DNA of 64,000 nucleotides from positions 37,022 through 101,021 of the IMG/VR virus record IMGVR_UViG_3300050821_024084; one strand, written 5' to 3'. The translations under genes were made by a program, and so were the position numbers. Below, piece by piece: positions 36,018 through 45,353 of the stretch. Below the pieces are notes generated by a model. It made no database searches. It was not told the origin of the DNA and was given only the letters and a program-made list of their open reading frames with translations. Origin of the DNA: a virus. How positions within the stretch are numbered: the stretch's first letter is position 1; each line of letters begins with the position of its first letter.

Positions 36018-39000
36018 GTGGCGGACATTCTCACGGAAAGCGCCCCGCCCGCAGCGGGTCCGGGCGATCTCAGCCAGCCATCTCGCGAGGTGGCGGTCAT
36101 GGCGAACCGGTATTCGACGACCGGTGACGTCATCAAGGCACGCATGCCCGAGCTAGTCAAGGGCGCGGGCTATGCCCTCGGGGAGAACGCTCCCCTGAAC
36201 GACAACATGGAGATCCTCACCCGGGCGCATCAGGCGACCCTGGACCTGCGGACGGAGACGTATCGCGGGTACACGGACAAGCCGTCCGTGGTCAAGGGGA
36301 TGAACGGCGACTTCCTGGGTCAGCGCGGCTACCTGAAGACGGCGCTGACCGCTCCGTCCATCCAGGAGCAGATGCAGCAGCTCGTCGGCATGCTGCCGGG
36401 CGGCGCGGATGCGCTGAAGTCGTTCACTGCTGGGAACCTTGGGATCGGGTCTGTTTATGGACTCGTTCCTTTCGACCTCAATGGGGTCCTCGCACGGTAA
36501 CGTGCGTGTCCTCCGCTTCGTGAAGAAAATGCCTTGCACCTTCACGGCTGATCTCAAGCGGAGGGATCTCCACTCGGTAACGAGTGTGATCAAACCACGA
36601 GAATTGCTGGGACATCTCGCAGGCACATACGCTACAGCGTGACGTAAAAACGTGAGCGCGACAGCTAAAAAGTTATGTGACAGAGACAATCAGCAGCCGA
36701 GCCCGCCTGATTCGTTCGACGGGAAGGTTCAACGACTATGTACGTGGCTCCTCATGACGAGGATGAAGATATAGTCTGACCTCACGTGAGAGCGTGAGAG
36801 GCCAGCAGAAATGACTGGCCCCGCCGTTTATGCGCGGTGAGTAACAACGTGATCCGGTCTACACAGTATTTCGCAACAAACTGCCCCGTCCGCCCGGACA
36901 GGGTACCGCTCGTCAGGCGAAGGTCTTCACAGGTGTCAGTGGCTCTCAGACCGGCGGTCAGGGCATCATTGACATCTCGATTCCTGAGCTGGTGCAGTCC
37001 GGCGGCTCGCTGTCCTCGACGGCGTGGCCGCTGAACCTGCCTCCGTCGGGATCGCAGACCGAGGTTGATCTCAACATTCCCTATCGCTTCTTCGGTCTCA
37101 CAGAATCACTGTCCTGGCTGGCGCAGTTCGCCGGGCAGGGCTTCGAGGACATCAGCGCACTAGCTAACCTGATCCTGCTGCAAGAAATGATGATGGGTGT
37201 TTTATCCGGATATGTCCGGTTTCGCCCCCTCACTCGGTGACGAGTGAGTGATAACCACGAGAATTGCTGGGACACCCGTATCACCCTGTTGCACCACAAC
37301 GTGGCCCGAAAGGACGAGCGTGACGGTCTGAAAAGCAGCAGGCAGGGGCAATCAGCAGCCGAGCCCACCTGGATTCGCTCCGATGGGAAGGTTCAGAGAC
37401 TATGTACGTGGAGTCTTAGCGCCAGTAATCTGATGAAGCTGCTTCAGCTTTTCTGGCAAGCACGAGGGTGACGTCATCGTACATCCATCGCACCGCTGGT
37501 GCATCGCGCTTGCTTCCGAGCAGATAGTGATACTTCTTGTCCTTACCGGCCATCCTGCGTCGCAGGACACATCCGGTATGCCGCTCGATGATGGCGGCAG
37601 TGCTCTCAAGCACAGACGGTGTGCCTATCAGCCCGATCATCCGCTTGTCGATAGATCCGTCTCCGTCCCAGAGCCCGCGCAGAAGATGGCGTTCCAGCTC
37701 GGGGGCCACAGACGGGAGAGTAGCGGAGTAGCTTTTGTCATGGTGGAGTCCTAGCTTATTCAGGTCCCTTACCATCTTCACGCTGTAGAGCGTGAGTCGC
37801 ATCATCCCGTCCTTCTGAGGGGTGAGCGGTGCGTCATGGTTAAGTTCCCGCGCCACTGCGCGGAGTAGCTCAGCATCGTTCTCTTTCAGGCTGATCTGAA
37901 TTTTGCGACCGTCGTTAGTGACGTGGCCGTCTGCTAGAATAAGCCCGAGGATATACGCCTTCTCGGCGGTGTCTATCCGGGTGAAGTAATCACGGTCTGT
38001 TGTCCATTTCGGCGGTGGGCTCATCTGTACAGTATAGCGCGCTGAGATTATGATATAGTCCGGTCTCATGTGAGAGCATGAGAGGCATGCAGAAATGACA
38101 TGCCCGCTCGCTGTCAAGCGAGAGGTAACAGAACGGAAGAGTATCAGCTCCTGGCTGGTACCTCGACAGCACTTTCTGCTCCGGCAACTCCGACTCTCAC
38201 GGCCCGGACGGCTGGCTCGAACGAGACGGCGCTGTCCACGGACGGCTCCGCCACGTACGTGACCGTCACGGCCACGAACTACTTCGGCGAGACGGTTGCC
38301 AGCACGGCAGCTACCCTCACCCCGACCACGGGGCAGGTCGTTGACGTGACCATCGTCCCGGTCACCGGGGCGCAGTCCTACAACATCTACGTCGGCACGG
38401 CCAACGCCCGGACCACGCTGTACCGCATGGCGACTGGCGTCGGCGGGCAGCGCTACACGCTTCAGGGGACCGCTCCCAGCTCGGGTGCGAACTCGCCGGC
38501 GGCGGACACCGGCACGGGCACCAACACCCGGCTGGAGGGCCTGATCCCGACGCTGACCGGCAAGTCGGCGCAGACCACGGTCTACCCCAACGGGTGGCAG
38601 GGCGGCTACTACCAGCCGTCTGTCGGCACGCACCTGTCGTACAACGCGATCTACACGGCGCTGGATGCGCTGTGGGAGTCGGTATTCACGAACCCGGGAG
38701 CATTCCGGGCGGATCCGGCGGAGATCGCCGGTGACGGCGGCGACATCATGCGGCTGTCCACCGACGTCATCAACCAGGGCTCGGCGACGAACTACCGCCT
38801 GTGGCTCGACCAGGCGGACGTCTCTGGCGTCCGGGTCGGCGCGGCGGTGTCGGAGTTCCAGAACCCGATCACCCGGTCGGTGCTCAAGCTCGTCGTGCAT
38901 CCGTGGATGACGCAGGGCACCGCGATGCTCATGACGTACCAGCTCCCGCAGACGTGGACGAACGTCGCGAATGCGTGGGAGATGACGTGCGTGCAGGACT

Positions 39001-39140
39001 ACGTCTCAATCGCGTGGCCCGTCATTGACGCCACGTTCCGCTACTCGATCTTCCTGTACGCCGCGCTGTGCGGCTACGCTCCGTACTACTCGGGGATTCT
39101 TCAGGGGCTGCAAGTAAGCGATACCACCCCCTACCAGTAA
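36018..39140 (+). CDS. Major capsid protein, join(36018..36478,36532..36554,36852..37198,38136..39140), 611 aa
   Basis: Splicing restores a continuous frame ...PFDL/LAPSRLI/YPVYTVFRNKLPR...EMMMG/EEYQLL...; lies after the protease. Confidence 0.85.
36479..36531 (+). mobile_element. 53-nt core-less group I-type mini-intron
   Basis: P1 with U.G at the 5' splice site, P10, GNRA-capped P2, terminal G, in-frame TAA; removal restores the frame. Confidence 0.75.
36555..36851 (+). mobile_element. Group I intron A (297 nt, no ORF)
   Basis: P AATTGCTGGGA, Q AATCAGCAG, R GTTCAACGACTA, S AAGATATAGTC; P1/P10; omega-G 36851. Confidence 0.93.
37199..38135 (+). mobile_element. Group I intron B (937 nt) with antisense homing endonuclease in P8
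   Basis: P, Q, R (GTTCAGAGACTA) and S (ATGATATAGTC) elements; P1 GGGU/GCCC; omega-G 38135. Confidence 0.93.
37416..38024 (-). CDS. LAGLIDADG homing endonuclease
   Basis: AYILGLILADG and LRGLWDGDGSI; TATACT-N6-ATG leaderless start. Confidence 0.92.
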   Translation of the reverse strand: MSPPPKWTTDRDYFTRIDTAEKAYILGLILADGHVTNDGRKIQISLKENDAELLRAVARELNHDAPLTPQKDGMMRLTLYSVKMVRDLNKLGLHHDKSYSATLPSVAPELERHLLRGLWDGDGSIDKRMIGLIGTPSVLESTAAIIERHTGCVLRRRMAGKDKKYHYLLGSKRDAPAVRWMYDDVTLVLARKAEAASSDYWR

Positions 39141-39198
39141 TCCGCTTGAGGCCGGGCGGCTCGCTGCCGCCCGGCCCCGGCAGAAAGGAAACGGCCCG

Positions 39199-39585
39199 AT
39201 GGCCATCTTCGCAAACGGACCGGACTACCAGACCTACTCGGTCACTGGTACGACCCCGACCCAGATCTTCTACACGCGCGGCTACGGCGGCACCGCCATC
39301 GGGTCCGGCGTGACAGTGCGCAATCCCACGGTTGTCAATGCAGGCACTGTTGCGCTGTACGTGACCGGCGGCACGGTCGCAGCCGTCGGCGCTACTGCCT
39401 CGACCGTGTACGCTCTCGGCGCGGGCATCGCGCTCCAGCCGGGCGATCAGCTGGTGATCTTCGGCACTGCTGTCACTCAGTCCACGGGCAACCAGGGGAC
39501 CTTCGACCTGTTCGGCTGCGTCGCCGGGTCGATCAACACCATCACGGTCGAGGGCGGTTACGCTACGCAGACGATTGTGAGCTGA
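39199..39585 (+). CDS. Capsid decoration/structural protein
   Basis: Follows capsid gene; AAAGGA RBS; beta-rich. Confidence 0.65.
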   Translation: MAIFANGPDYQTYSVTGTTPTQIFYTRGYGGTAIGSGVTVRNPTVVNAGTVALYVTGGTVAAVGATASTVYALGAGIALQPGDQLVIFGTAVTQSTGNQGTFDLFGCVAGSINTITVEGGYATQTIVS

Positions 39586-39587
39586 TC

Positions 39588-40112
39588 ATGGCGAAGGCTA
39601 ACTCTCCCGGGCAGACCACGGGCATTGACCCGCCTGTCGCCACCCCGTCACTTCAGGTATACAATCCCCCGGCTGTGGGGCATCCGCACTGCGTGATCTT
39701 CAACAGCGGCGCGTCGCCTGTCTACCTGGGCGGCACGTCCGTGACCGCGCAGAACGGGTTCTACTTCCCGGCAGGAGCGCAGATCAGCCTGCCGTTCGCC
39801 CCGTTCCCGATCTACGCCATCGACGGGTACACGCTCGGTACCGCGACGGCTACGCTCACGATCAACGCTGTCTCCGGCGGTACTGTCCTGGCAGCCGGGA
39901 GCATCGCGACCTTCACGCCCGGAACGCTCCTCCAGATCGGTAATGCAGGGGCACCGAACTCGCAGGAAGTGGTGGTGATCGCCAATATCCCGAACACCGG
40001 TACGGTCACGACCACGACCCCGATCCTGTACGATCACATCTCCGGGGCAACTGTCACGACAATTGCCAGCCAGAACGCCTCGTCACTGTCGGTGAACGTC
40101 GGGACGACCTGA
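39588..40112 (+). CDS. Structural protein
   Basis: Beta-rich; related to neighbours (VYLGG..VT..NG). Confidence 0.65.
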   Translation: MAKANSPGQTTGIDPPVATPSLQVYNPPAVGHPHCVIFNSGASPVYLGGTSVTAQNGFYFPAGAQISLPFAPFPIYAIDGYTLGTATATLTINAVSGGTVLAAGSIATFTPGTLLQIGNAGAPNSQEVVVIANIPNTGTVTTTTPILYDHISGATVTTIASQNASSLSVNVGTT

Positions 40113-40393
40113 TGCCGTCCGCCATCACACCGGTCACGCTGGCGGCGGGCAGCGTCTCGGTCCTGGTGAATGTCCCGCCAGGTCCGTGCAGTGTCGTCAT
40201 CTCAGCCGGCGCGGGCACGGTGGGGTTGTATTTCGGCCTGGGAACTGCTGTTACGTCATCTAACGGGCTGTACGTCCCCGGGGGCTACCCGCCGTGGCTC
40301 TACCAGCGGTACGTCGGCCAGGCAGGGCGTATCATCTACGCTACCGCACAAAGCGGCACGATCACGGCGACAGCCGGGGTCCTCGAACCGTAG
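40112..40393 (+). CDS. Structural protein
   Basis: TGATG overlap; LYFG...VTSSNG. Confidence 0.6.
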   Translation: MPSAITPVTLAAGSVSVLVNVPPGPCSVVISAGAGTVGLYFGLGTAVTSSNGLYVPGGYPPWLYQRYVGQAGRIIYATAQSGTITATAGVLEP

Positions 40394-40400
40394 GAGGCAT

Positions 40401-40676
40401 ATGGGTCAGCGTGTTCAGCTCCCGCCCGGCTGCGCCGGATTTCGCTGCGCGGACGGGAGTGTCTACTCGGCGAAGCCGGGAACGTCTGTCGTGCTGGAGG
40501 ACCGGCACGCGACATCGCTTTCGAAAAGCCAGCATCAGTCTATCGGCCTGGTGACGGCCGGGGAGAGTTTCTCCCTCGGCACGAAGGAGAGCCGGCGCTG
40601 CCCGGACTGCCGGTTCCTGGCGCAAGCCTGGTCGCAGGACTGCCCGCGCTGCGGAGCGGAGACCATAGCGGCATAG
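40401..40676 (+). CDS. Zn-ribbon protein
   Basis: GGAGG RBS; CPDC...CPRC. Confidence 0.65.
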   Translation: MGQRVQLPPGCAGFRCADGSVYSAKPGTSVVLEDRHATSLSKSQHQSIGLVTAGESFSLGTKESRRCPDCRFLAQAWSQDCPRCGAETIAA

Positions 40677-40786
40677 CGAAACCCCCGGCCCTCGGGAACG
40701 GCAGAGATTACGTCCCAGGGAAGTGAGAACCGGGGGCTCGCTATTCCCGGAGCGCGGGGGTAGAAGGCTCCGGGAGCTTGTGGTGG

Positions 40787-41149
40787 TCAGGCAGGATGGA
40801 TGGCGTCCTCCGTGTGGCCGGGAACCTCGTACGTCGCCTTGAAACTGATGCGCCGGGTGGCGACCCGGGAGCCGTCACGCTGATCGGCTGCGATCCCGCA
40901 ATCCATCAGCGCCCGGCGGATTGCGTTTGCGGCCAGGTGCTTCTGGATGTCGAAGTGCTTGGCTGCCAGCTGATTCAGCCGGTAGATGTCCGCTAGATCA
41001 GCGGTGATGACTCGCACTCCGCCCGGGTGAAGAGCCGGGTATGCCTCGATGAGCATGTCCCGCTCGTCTTCCGCGCGCATCCCGTCGGGCGGGGAGAGCA
41101 GCGGGATGCCGCTCAGCTGGGCCATGACGCTTTCCGTGGTGAGAGCCAT
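40787..41149 (-). CDS. Antisense hypothetical protein
   Basis: AGGAGG RBS; protein-like. Confidence 0.6.
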   Translation of the reverse strand: MALTTESVMAQLSGIPLLSPPDGMRAEDERDMLIEAYPALHPGGVRVITADLADIYRLNQLAAKHFDIQKHLAANAIRRALMDCGIAADQRDGSRVATRRISFKATYEVPGHTEDAIHPA

Positions 41150-41357
41150 GATTCCTCCTGATTCGCCTGTTCCTTGCCCCCGGAGGCCGGACGAGGCTGC
41201 CTAGGAGTTCCCGTCCGCGCCTCCAGCCGAGCTATGTGCCGTCCATGATCGGCCAATATGGACCCGATCGATTCCAGGGCAGTGCACGGGCCGGGGGGCC
41301 TGCCCGCACAACACCAGCATACCGCATAAGGCGGTGTGCTGTAAACAGTGAGAAAAG

Positions 41358-41939
41358 GTGAGTACCACGTCTCTGTACGCACGCTCAGACATCGTGAGCG
41401 TCTGGATACCGCCGGAAAGCGGAGGGTGCGGCAGCACGCACACCCGACCCGTGGACGGCGGGAAGCCTGAGCCGGAATGGCGGCTCGACTGCCCGGCGTG
41501 CACGGCCTACCTGAAGAAGGTCAGGGATCCGCTGTGGGCTGCGATGCCTGCGGACATCCCGGAAACGCCGGATGAGCGGACCATACGCGAGGACGCCGAG
41601 AAGCGCGGCGAGCGCGCCCTGAAGAAGTCACAAGAGGAAATCAACGTCAAGCTGGCGGAGACTACCGTGCAGATCGCGGAGCTGCTGGCCCGGCACGACG
41701 GCCCGGCTCCGGACCAGGCGGACATCGCAGCTCTGGTGGCTGCGGAGGTCGCGAAGCTCATGGAGCAGCGCGACAGTGTGCCGGAGCCCGTGCCTGCGCC
41801 CGTGCAGCTGGAGCTTTTCGAGTCTGAGCCGATGGACCTGTCCCGGCTGCACAGGCAGACTCTCGCAAAGATGTGCCGGGAGCGTGACCTGGATGACACG
41901 GGCGGCAAGGAACAGCTCCTCGCCCGCCTGACGGCCTGA
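41358..41939 (+). CDS. Hypothetical protein with C-terminal SAP/HeH-like motif
   Basis: LAKMCRERDLDDTGGKEQLLARL. Confidence 0.65.
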   Translation: MSTTSLYARSDIVSVWIPPESGGCGSTHTRPVDGGKPEPEWRLDCPACTAYLKKVRDPLWAAMPADIPETPDERTIREDAEKRGERALKKSQEEINVKLAETTVQIAELLARHDGPAPDQADIAALVAAEVAKLMEQRDSVPEPVPAPVQLELFESEPMDLSRLHRQTLAKMCRERDLDDTGGKEQLLARLTA

Positions 41940-41957
41940 CGAAGGGGGAGATGAGAG

Positions 41958-42914
41958 TTGACCATGCCGCTCCCGGTGTCCCCGACACCGTATATCACCC
42001 CGTCGACTCTCATTTCCGCTCCGACCGGAATCAGCTGGTCGACAATCCCGCCCGGCCGGGATACGACACCCGCCCAGAAGTATGCCGAGCAGCTGAATAT
42101 CTGCCAGCGTGCCACGCAGATGGCCGACCAGTACTGCAATCAGGTGCTGCGCGCCACCACGGATACCGAGATGTACACCGGTCCGGGCGACTACGGGGGC
42201 CGGGTCAACATGCAGCAGGACACCGGGCTCACCCGGGTCATCCTCCAGCGCTGGCCGATCCTGACGATCAGCTCGATCCAGGTCGCGGCCAGCTCGGTGT
42301 TCCCCCGGCAGTGGCAGACGCTGCCGGGGGGCTGGTGGTCGCTGGAGAACCCGGTCTCCGGGCTCTACGGGTCTGTGGTGCCGGTCGCTGCCGGGCAGGG
42401 CGGTCAGGCGATGAACATCGGGCCGGGGTATATCAGCTGGTGCCTGGGACGGCAGGGATTCACCATCCAGATCCAGTATATCAACGGCTGGCCGCACGCC
42501 GGGCTGACTGCGAATGCGAGCGTCGGGGCGACCAGCATCACTGTTGACGACTGCACCGGCTGGACCGTGCCGCAGGCGGATACCGGTCTTATCGGGGCAA
42601 CCGGCGTGATCTATGACGGCGGGCAGCAGGAGGTCGTCCAGGTGACCGCCGCCTCGGCGACCTCCGGGCCGGGAATGCTCACGCTGGCAAGCGCGCTGCT
42701 GTATGATCATGAGTCCGGGGTCGCCGTGACGACGCTGCCGGAGACCATCCGGTGGGCGTGCATCCTGTTCGGCGCGGCGATGGCCCTGACGCGAGGTGCG
42801 ACTTCGACGACCGTGCAGGAAAGCCCCGGCGGGAAGCAGAGCTCAGCTGCGCGATCGGAAACCCTGTTCGAGCAGGCATGTCATCAGCTGCACCCCTGGA
42901 AGCGGGTCATCTGA
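41958..42914 (+). CDS. Head-to-tail adaptor
   Basis: ATQMADQYCNQVL, YINGW, LPETIRWAC, L.PW.RV; position. Confidence 0.7.
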   Translation: MTMPLPVSPTPYITPSTLISAPTGISWSTIPPGRDTTPAQKYAEQLNICQRATQMADQYCNQVLRATTDTEMYTGPGDYGGRVNMQQDTGLTRVILQRWPILTISSIQVAASSVFPRQWQTLPGGWWSLENPVSGLYGSVVPVAAGQGGQAMNIGPGYISWCLGRQGFTIQIQYINGWPHAGLTANASVGATSITVDDCTGWTVPQADTGLIGATGVIYDGGQQEVVQVTAASATSGPGMLTLASALLYDHESGVAVTTLPETIRWACILFGAAMALTRGATSTTVQESPGGKQSSAARSETLFEQACHQLHPWKRVI

Positions 42915-43429
42915 TGCCGATCGTCACCACGCAGCAGGAGATTCTCAAGCTGCTGGACAACCTGCCGATGCCGAACGGGAACTACGAGCTCCAGGCATAC
43001 ATCACGCCCCCTGACCCGGAAACGGACTACAGCAACCCGCACGCGTACATCTGGCCTGCGAAAGGCGACGAGTCCCGGAACCCGGCATTCGGCGGGGCGA
43101 TCCCGCGCAATACCGGGGTGTTCACGCCGTCCGGGACGAAGCCGATCCTGCATGAGATGCATGTGTATCTCGTCTGGTTCAGCACAAATGACGATCCGGA
43201 TGCAGATACTTGGTTCCCCGGCATGGTCGACGCGGTGATGTGGGCGCTGCGGACCTCGCCGGATCCGCTGCCGGTGACCGATCCGTTCACCGGGCTGACG
43301 AACAGCCAGCTGGTGGGGATCGGTGAAAGAATGACTTATGAGCTGGTTCTGCGAAGTACTGAGGATGAGGCGTACGACCGGTATGACGCCCTGATAACCA
43401 TCCACATCTGGGAGATCCTGCAAGCCTAG
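42914..43429 (+). CDS. Neck/tail terminator protein
   Basis: TGATG overlap; position before major tail gene. Confidence 0.6.
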   Translation: MPIVTTQQEILKLLDNLPMPNGNYELQAYITPPDPETDYSNPHAYIWPAKGDESRNPAFGGAIPRNTGVFTPSGTKPILHEMHVYLVWFSTNDDPDADTWFPGMVDAVMWALRTSPDPLPVTDPFTGLTNSQLVGIGERMTYELVLRSTEDEAYDRYDALITIHIWEILQA

Positions 43430-43572
43430 AACAAGGCGGACAGGGCGAGGGCGAGCAGCCCGGCGGGCAGCAGCCAGGTCAGGTTCGTGCCCGTGACCAC
43501 GCCCCCGGCGACCAGGGTCGCGAGAGCGAACAGGATGCACGCGGCGACGAGGAAAGCCCTGGACAGCGTCAT
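43426..43572 (-). CDS. 48-aa two-TM membrane peptide, antisense
   Basis: Manual translation MTLSRAFLVAACILFALATLVAGGVVTGTNLTWLLPAGLLALALSALF. Confidence 0.6.
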   Translation of the reverse strand: MTLSRAFLVAACILFALATLVAGGVVTGTNLTWLLPAGLLALALSALF

Positions 43573-43603
43573 ACCTGGTATGTACCCACGAGAGAGGTGA
43601 ATT

Positions 43604-43849
43604 ATGCCTTACACCTACACGTACCCGGACTACATGAATACCGCTACCGGCAAGGCACTGACCGTGACCGCCGGCAGCTCCTACACCTGCGCCATCTTCT
43701 CGGGGCGTCTCACCACGGCGACGTCGTTCCCGAACGACGGGCGCTGGACAAACGCAACGACCTTCATCGACCTGACGCGCGCCCCGGAGCCTGCGCGCCC
43801 GGAGCCTCCGGCCAGGCCGCTCGTGATCCCGGCTACCGAAGGGAAGTAA
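43604..43849 (+). CDS. Small structural protein
   Basis: GAGGTG RBS; abuts tail tube gene. Confidence 0.55.
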   Translation: MPYTYTYPDYMNTATGKALTVTAGSSYTCAIFSGRLTTATSFPNDGRWTNATTFIDLTRAPEPARPEPPARPLVIPATEGK

Positions 43850-43850
43850 C

Positions 43851-45179
43851 GTGCCGAACAACCCGGTTGTCGGGGTTCAGCCCCCGGCTGTCTACCCCGC
43901 CGAGCGCACCTGGCTCGGCATCGGACGGGAGCTGACGGCCGGGACGGCGGTGCTGCCGACCAACACCATCCCGATGGACGCCAAGTCCTACAGTCCGGAA
44001 GACACCCCGCACTTCCTGCCGGACGAGGCGATCCGTGGCCAGATGGCCATGCTGTACAACGAGATTCTCGGCCCGGCTGATGCGACGTTCAGCTTCGGCG
44101 GCCCGAACTTCCTCGACGTGCACGGATTTTTCGCCGATAACATATTCGGGGACACATCCTCGTACTACAACGGGACGCTCACCGGAACGACGACGACGAC
44201 GGCAGCGCTTCTTGTCGGGGCGACGGCTGCCACGGTATCGAACGCGGTGACCCCCGGCTGGACGGTCGGCAGCTACGTCCAGTTCGAGCCGGCGGGCAGC
44301 CCGATCGCAGAAGTGGTCAAGGTCGGCGGTACCTCGGCAACGCAGGTGTTCTTCGCGGGCAACCCGCTGCGGTTCCAGCACGGGTCCGGCGGGTCAATCT
44401 ACACGATCGGCACCCCGGCGAACACGTTCACGCATGTGTTCGCACTGCTGAACAGCTCGTACGGCTACAACGGCATCCTCGGCGCGCAGCCTCCGACGCA
44501 CACGCTGATGGACGTCACGCAGATCATCACCGGCACGGCGAACACGCTCGGCCCGGCGAACCTGTTCGGTGCCAGGGCGTACCCGATGTCGTGCCTGTCC
44601 GCGATGGACTTCACCGGCAACGCCGAGCAGCTGCTCGACATCAAGGTGACGGGCAACTCGTGGCCGTCAGTCGTGGCGAGCACGGTCCCGACGAACGTCA
44701 TCAGCTCGGTAATCCCGGTCGCGAACTGGCAGTCCACCGTATTCATCGGCGGGACGGGGGTGGCGAACCAGGTGTTCGACATCGGCGAGTGGTCGGTGAA
44801 CATCAAGCGCGAGCTGAAGGTCTACTGGACCGCGCAGGGCGCTCAGACACCCTATATCATCGCCCGGGGGCCGCTCTCTGCTTCGGGAGTTATGCAATTC
44901 ACCGTCCCGAGCGATGACTCGCCATTGTACTACCTAATCGAAAATTCGCAACCCCAGGTTCAGGTGAACCTCTCTAACGGTCTCGCAGGTACGAGTCTCG
45001 TCTCTCTCACGATTAACATGCAGGTCGCGGCCTTTGTCAAATCGAAGGTTACGAGGAACCAGGTTCTCGTCGGTTATGATGACAATTATAACGCCGTCGC
45101 GAACGCTACTAACGTCGGTGGATCCGGCGGACTCGGTCCCGTCACGATGACTCTCGTAAACAGCCTCCCCGCTTACTGA
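43851..45179 (+). CDS. Major tail (tube) protein
   Basis: WLGIGRE.T.GTAV.PT..IP; precedes chaperone and tape measure. Confidence 0.8.
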   Translation: MPNNPVVGVQPPAVYPAERTWLGIGRELTAGTAVLPTNTIPMDAKSYSPEDTPHFLPDEAIRGQMAMLYNEILGPADATFSFGGPNFLDVHGFFADNIFGDTSSYYNGTLTGTTTTTAALLVGATAATVSNAVTPGWTVGSYVQFEPAGSPIAEVVKVGGTSATQVFFAGNPLRFQHGSGGSIYTIGTPANTFTHVFALLNSSYGYNGILGAQPPTHTLMDVTQIITGTANTLGPANLFGARAYPMSCLSAMDFTGNAEQLLDIKVTGNSWPSVVASTVPTNVISSVIPVANWQSTVFIGGTGVANQVFDIGEWSVNIKRELKVYWTAQGAQTPYIIARGPLSASGVMQFTVPSDDSPLYYLIENSQPQVQVNLSNGLAGTSLVSLTINMQVAAFVKSKVTRNQVLVGYDDNYNAVANATNVGGSGGLGPVTMTLVNSLPAY

Positions 45180-45207
45180 GCCGGGCGCTGTCTGCGGTAC
45201 TGCGAGC

Positions 45208-45276
45208 GGAAGCCTCGTACAGCCCCTCGTACCCGGGGATTGACGCCCACACTTCACCTGTGCTACTCTCGTCCAT
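45208..45276 (-). pseudogene. NUMOD4 homing endonuclease remnant
   Basis: MDESSTGEVWASIPGYEGLYEAS matches the start of NUMOD4, then similarity stops. Confidence 0.65.
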
Positions 45277-45353
45277 GAGTCCCTCCGACTCGTCTGCCGG
45301 GCGGCGGCTCACCACCGCTGCCCGGCTCAAGTCATATCACGGTCAGGAGACGC

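Noticed and set aside
36018-38135. Capsid gene as a frameshifted pseudogene
   Set aside because: Group I P/Q/R/S elements and splice sites account for every break and restore a 611-aa ORF.
38025-38900. Long N-terminal part of the 494-aa minus ORF 37416..38900
   Set aside because: It is the antisense shadow of capsid exon 4; the nuclease starts at 38024 after its own -10 box.
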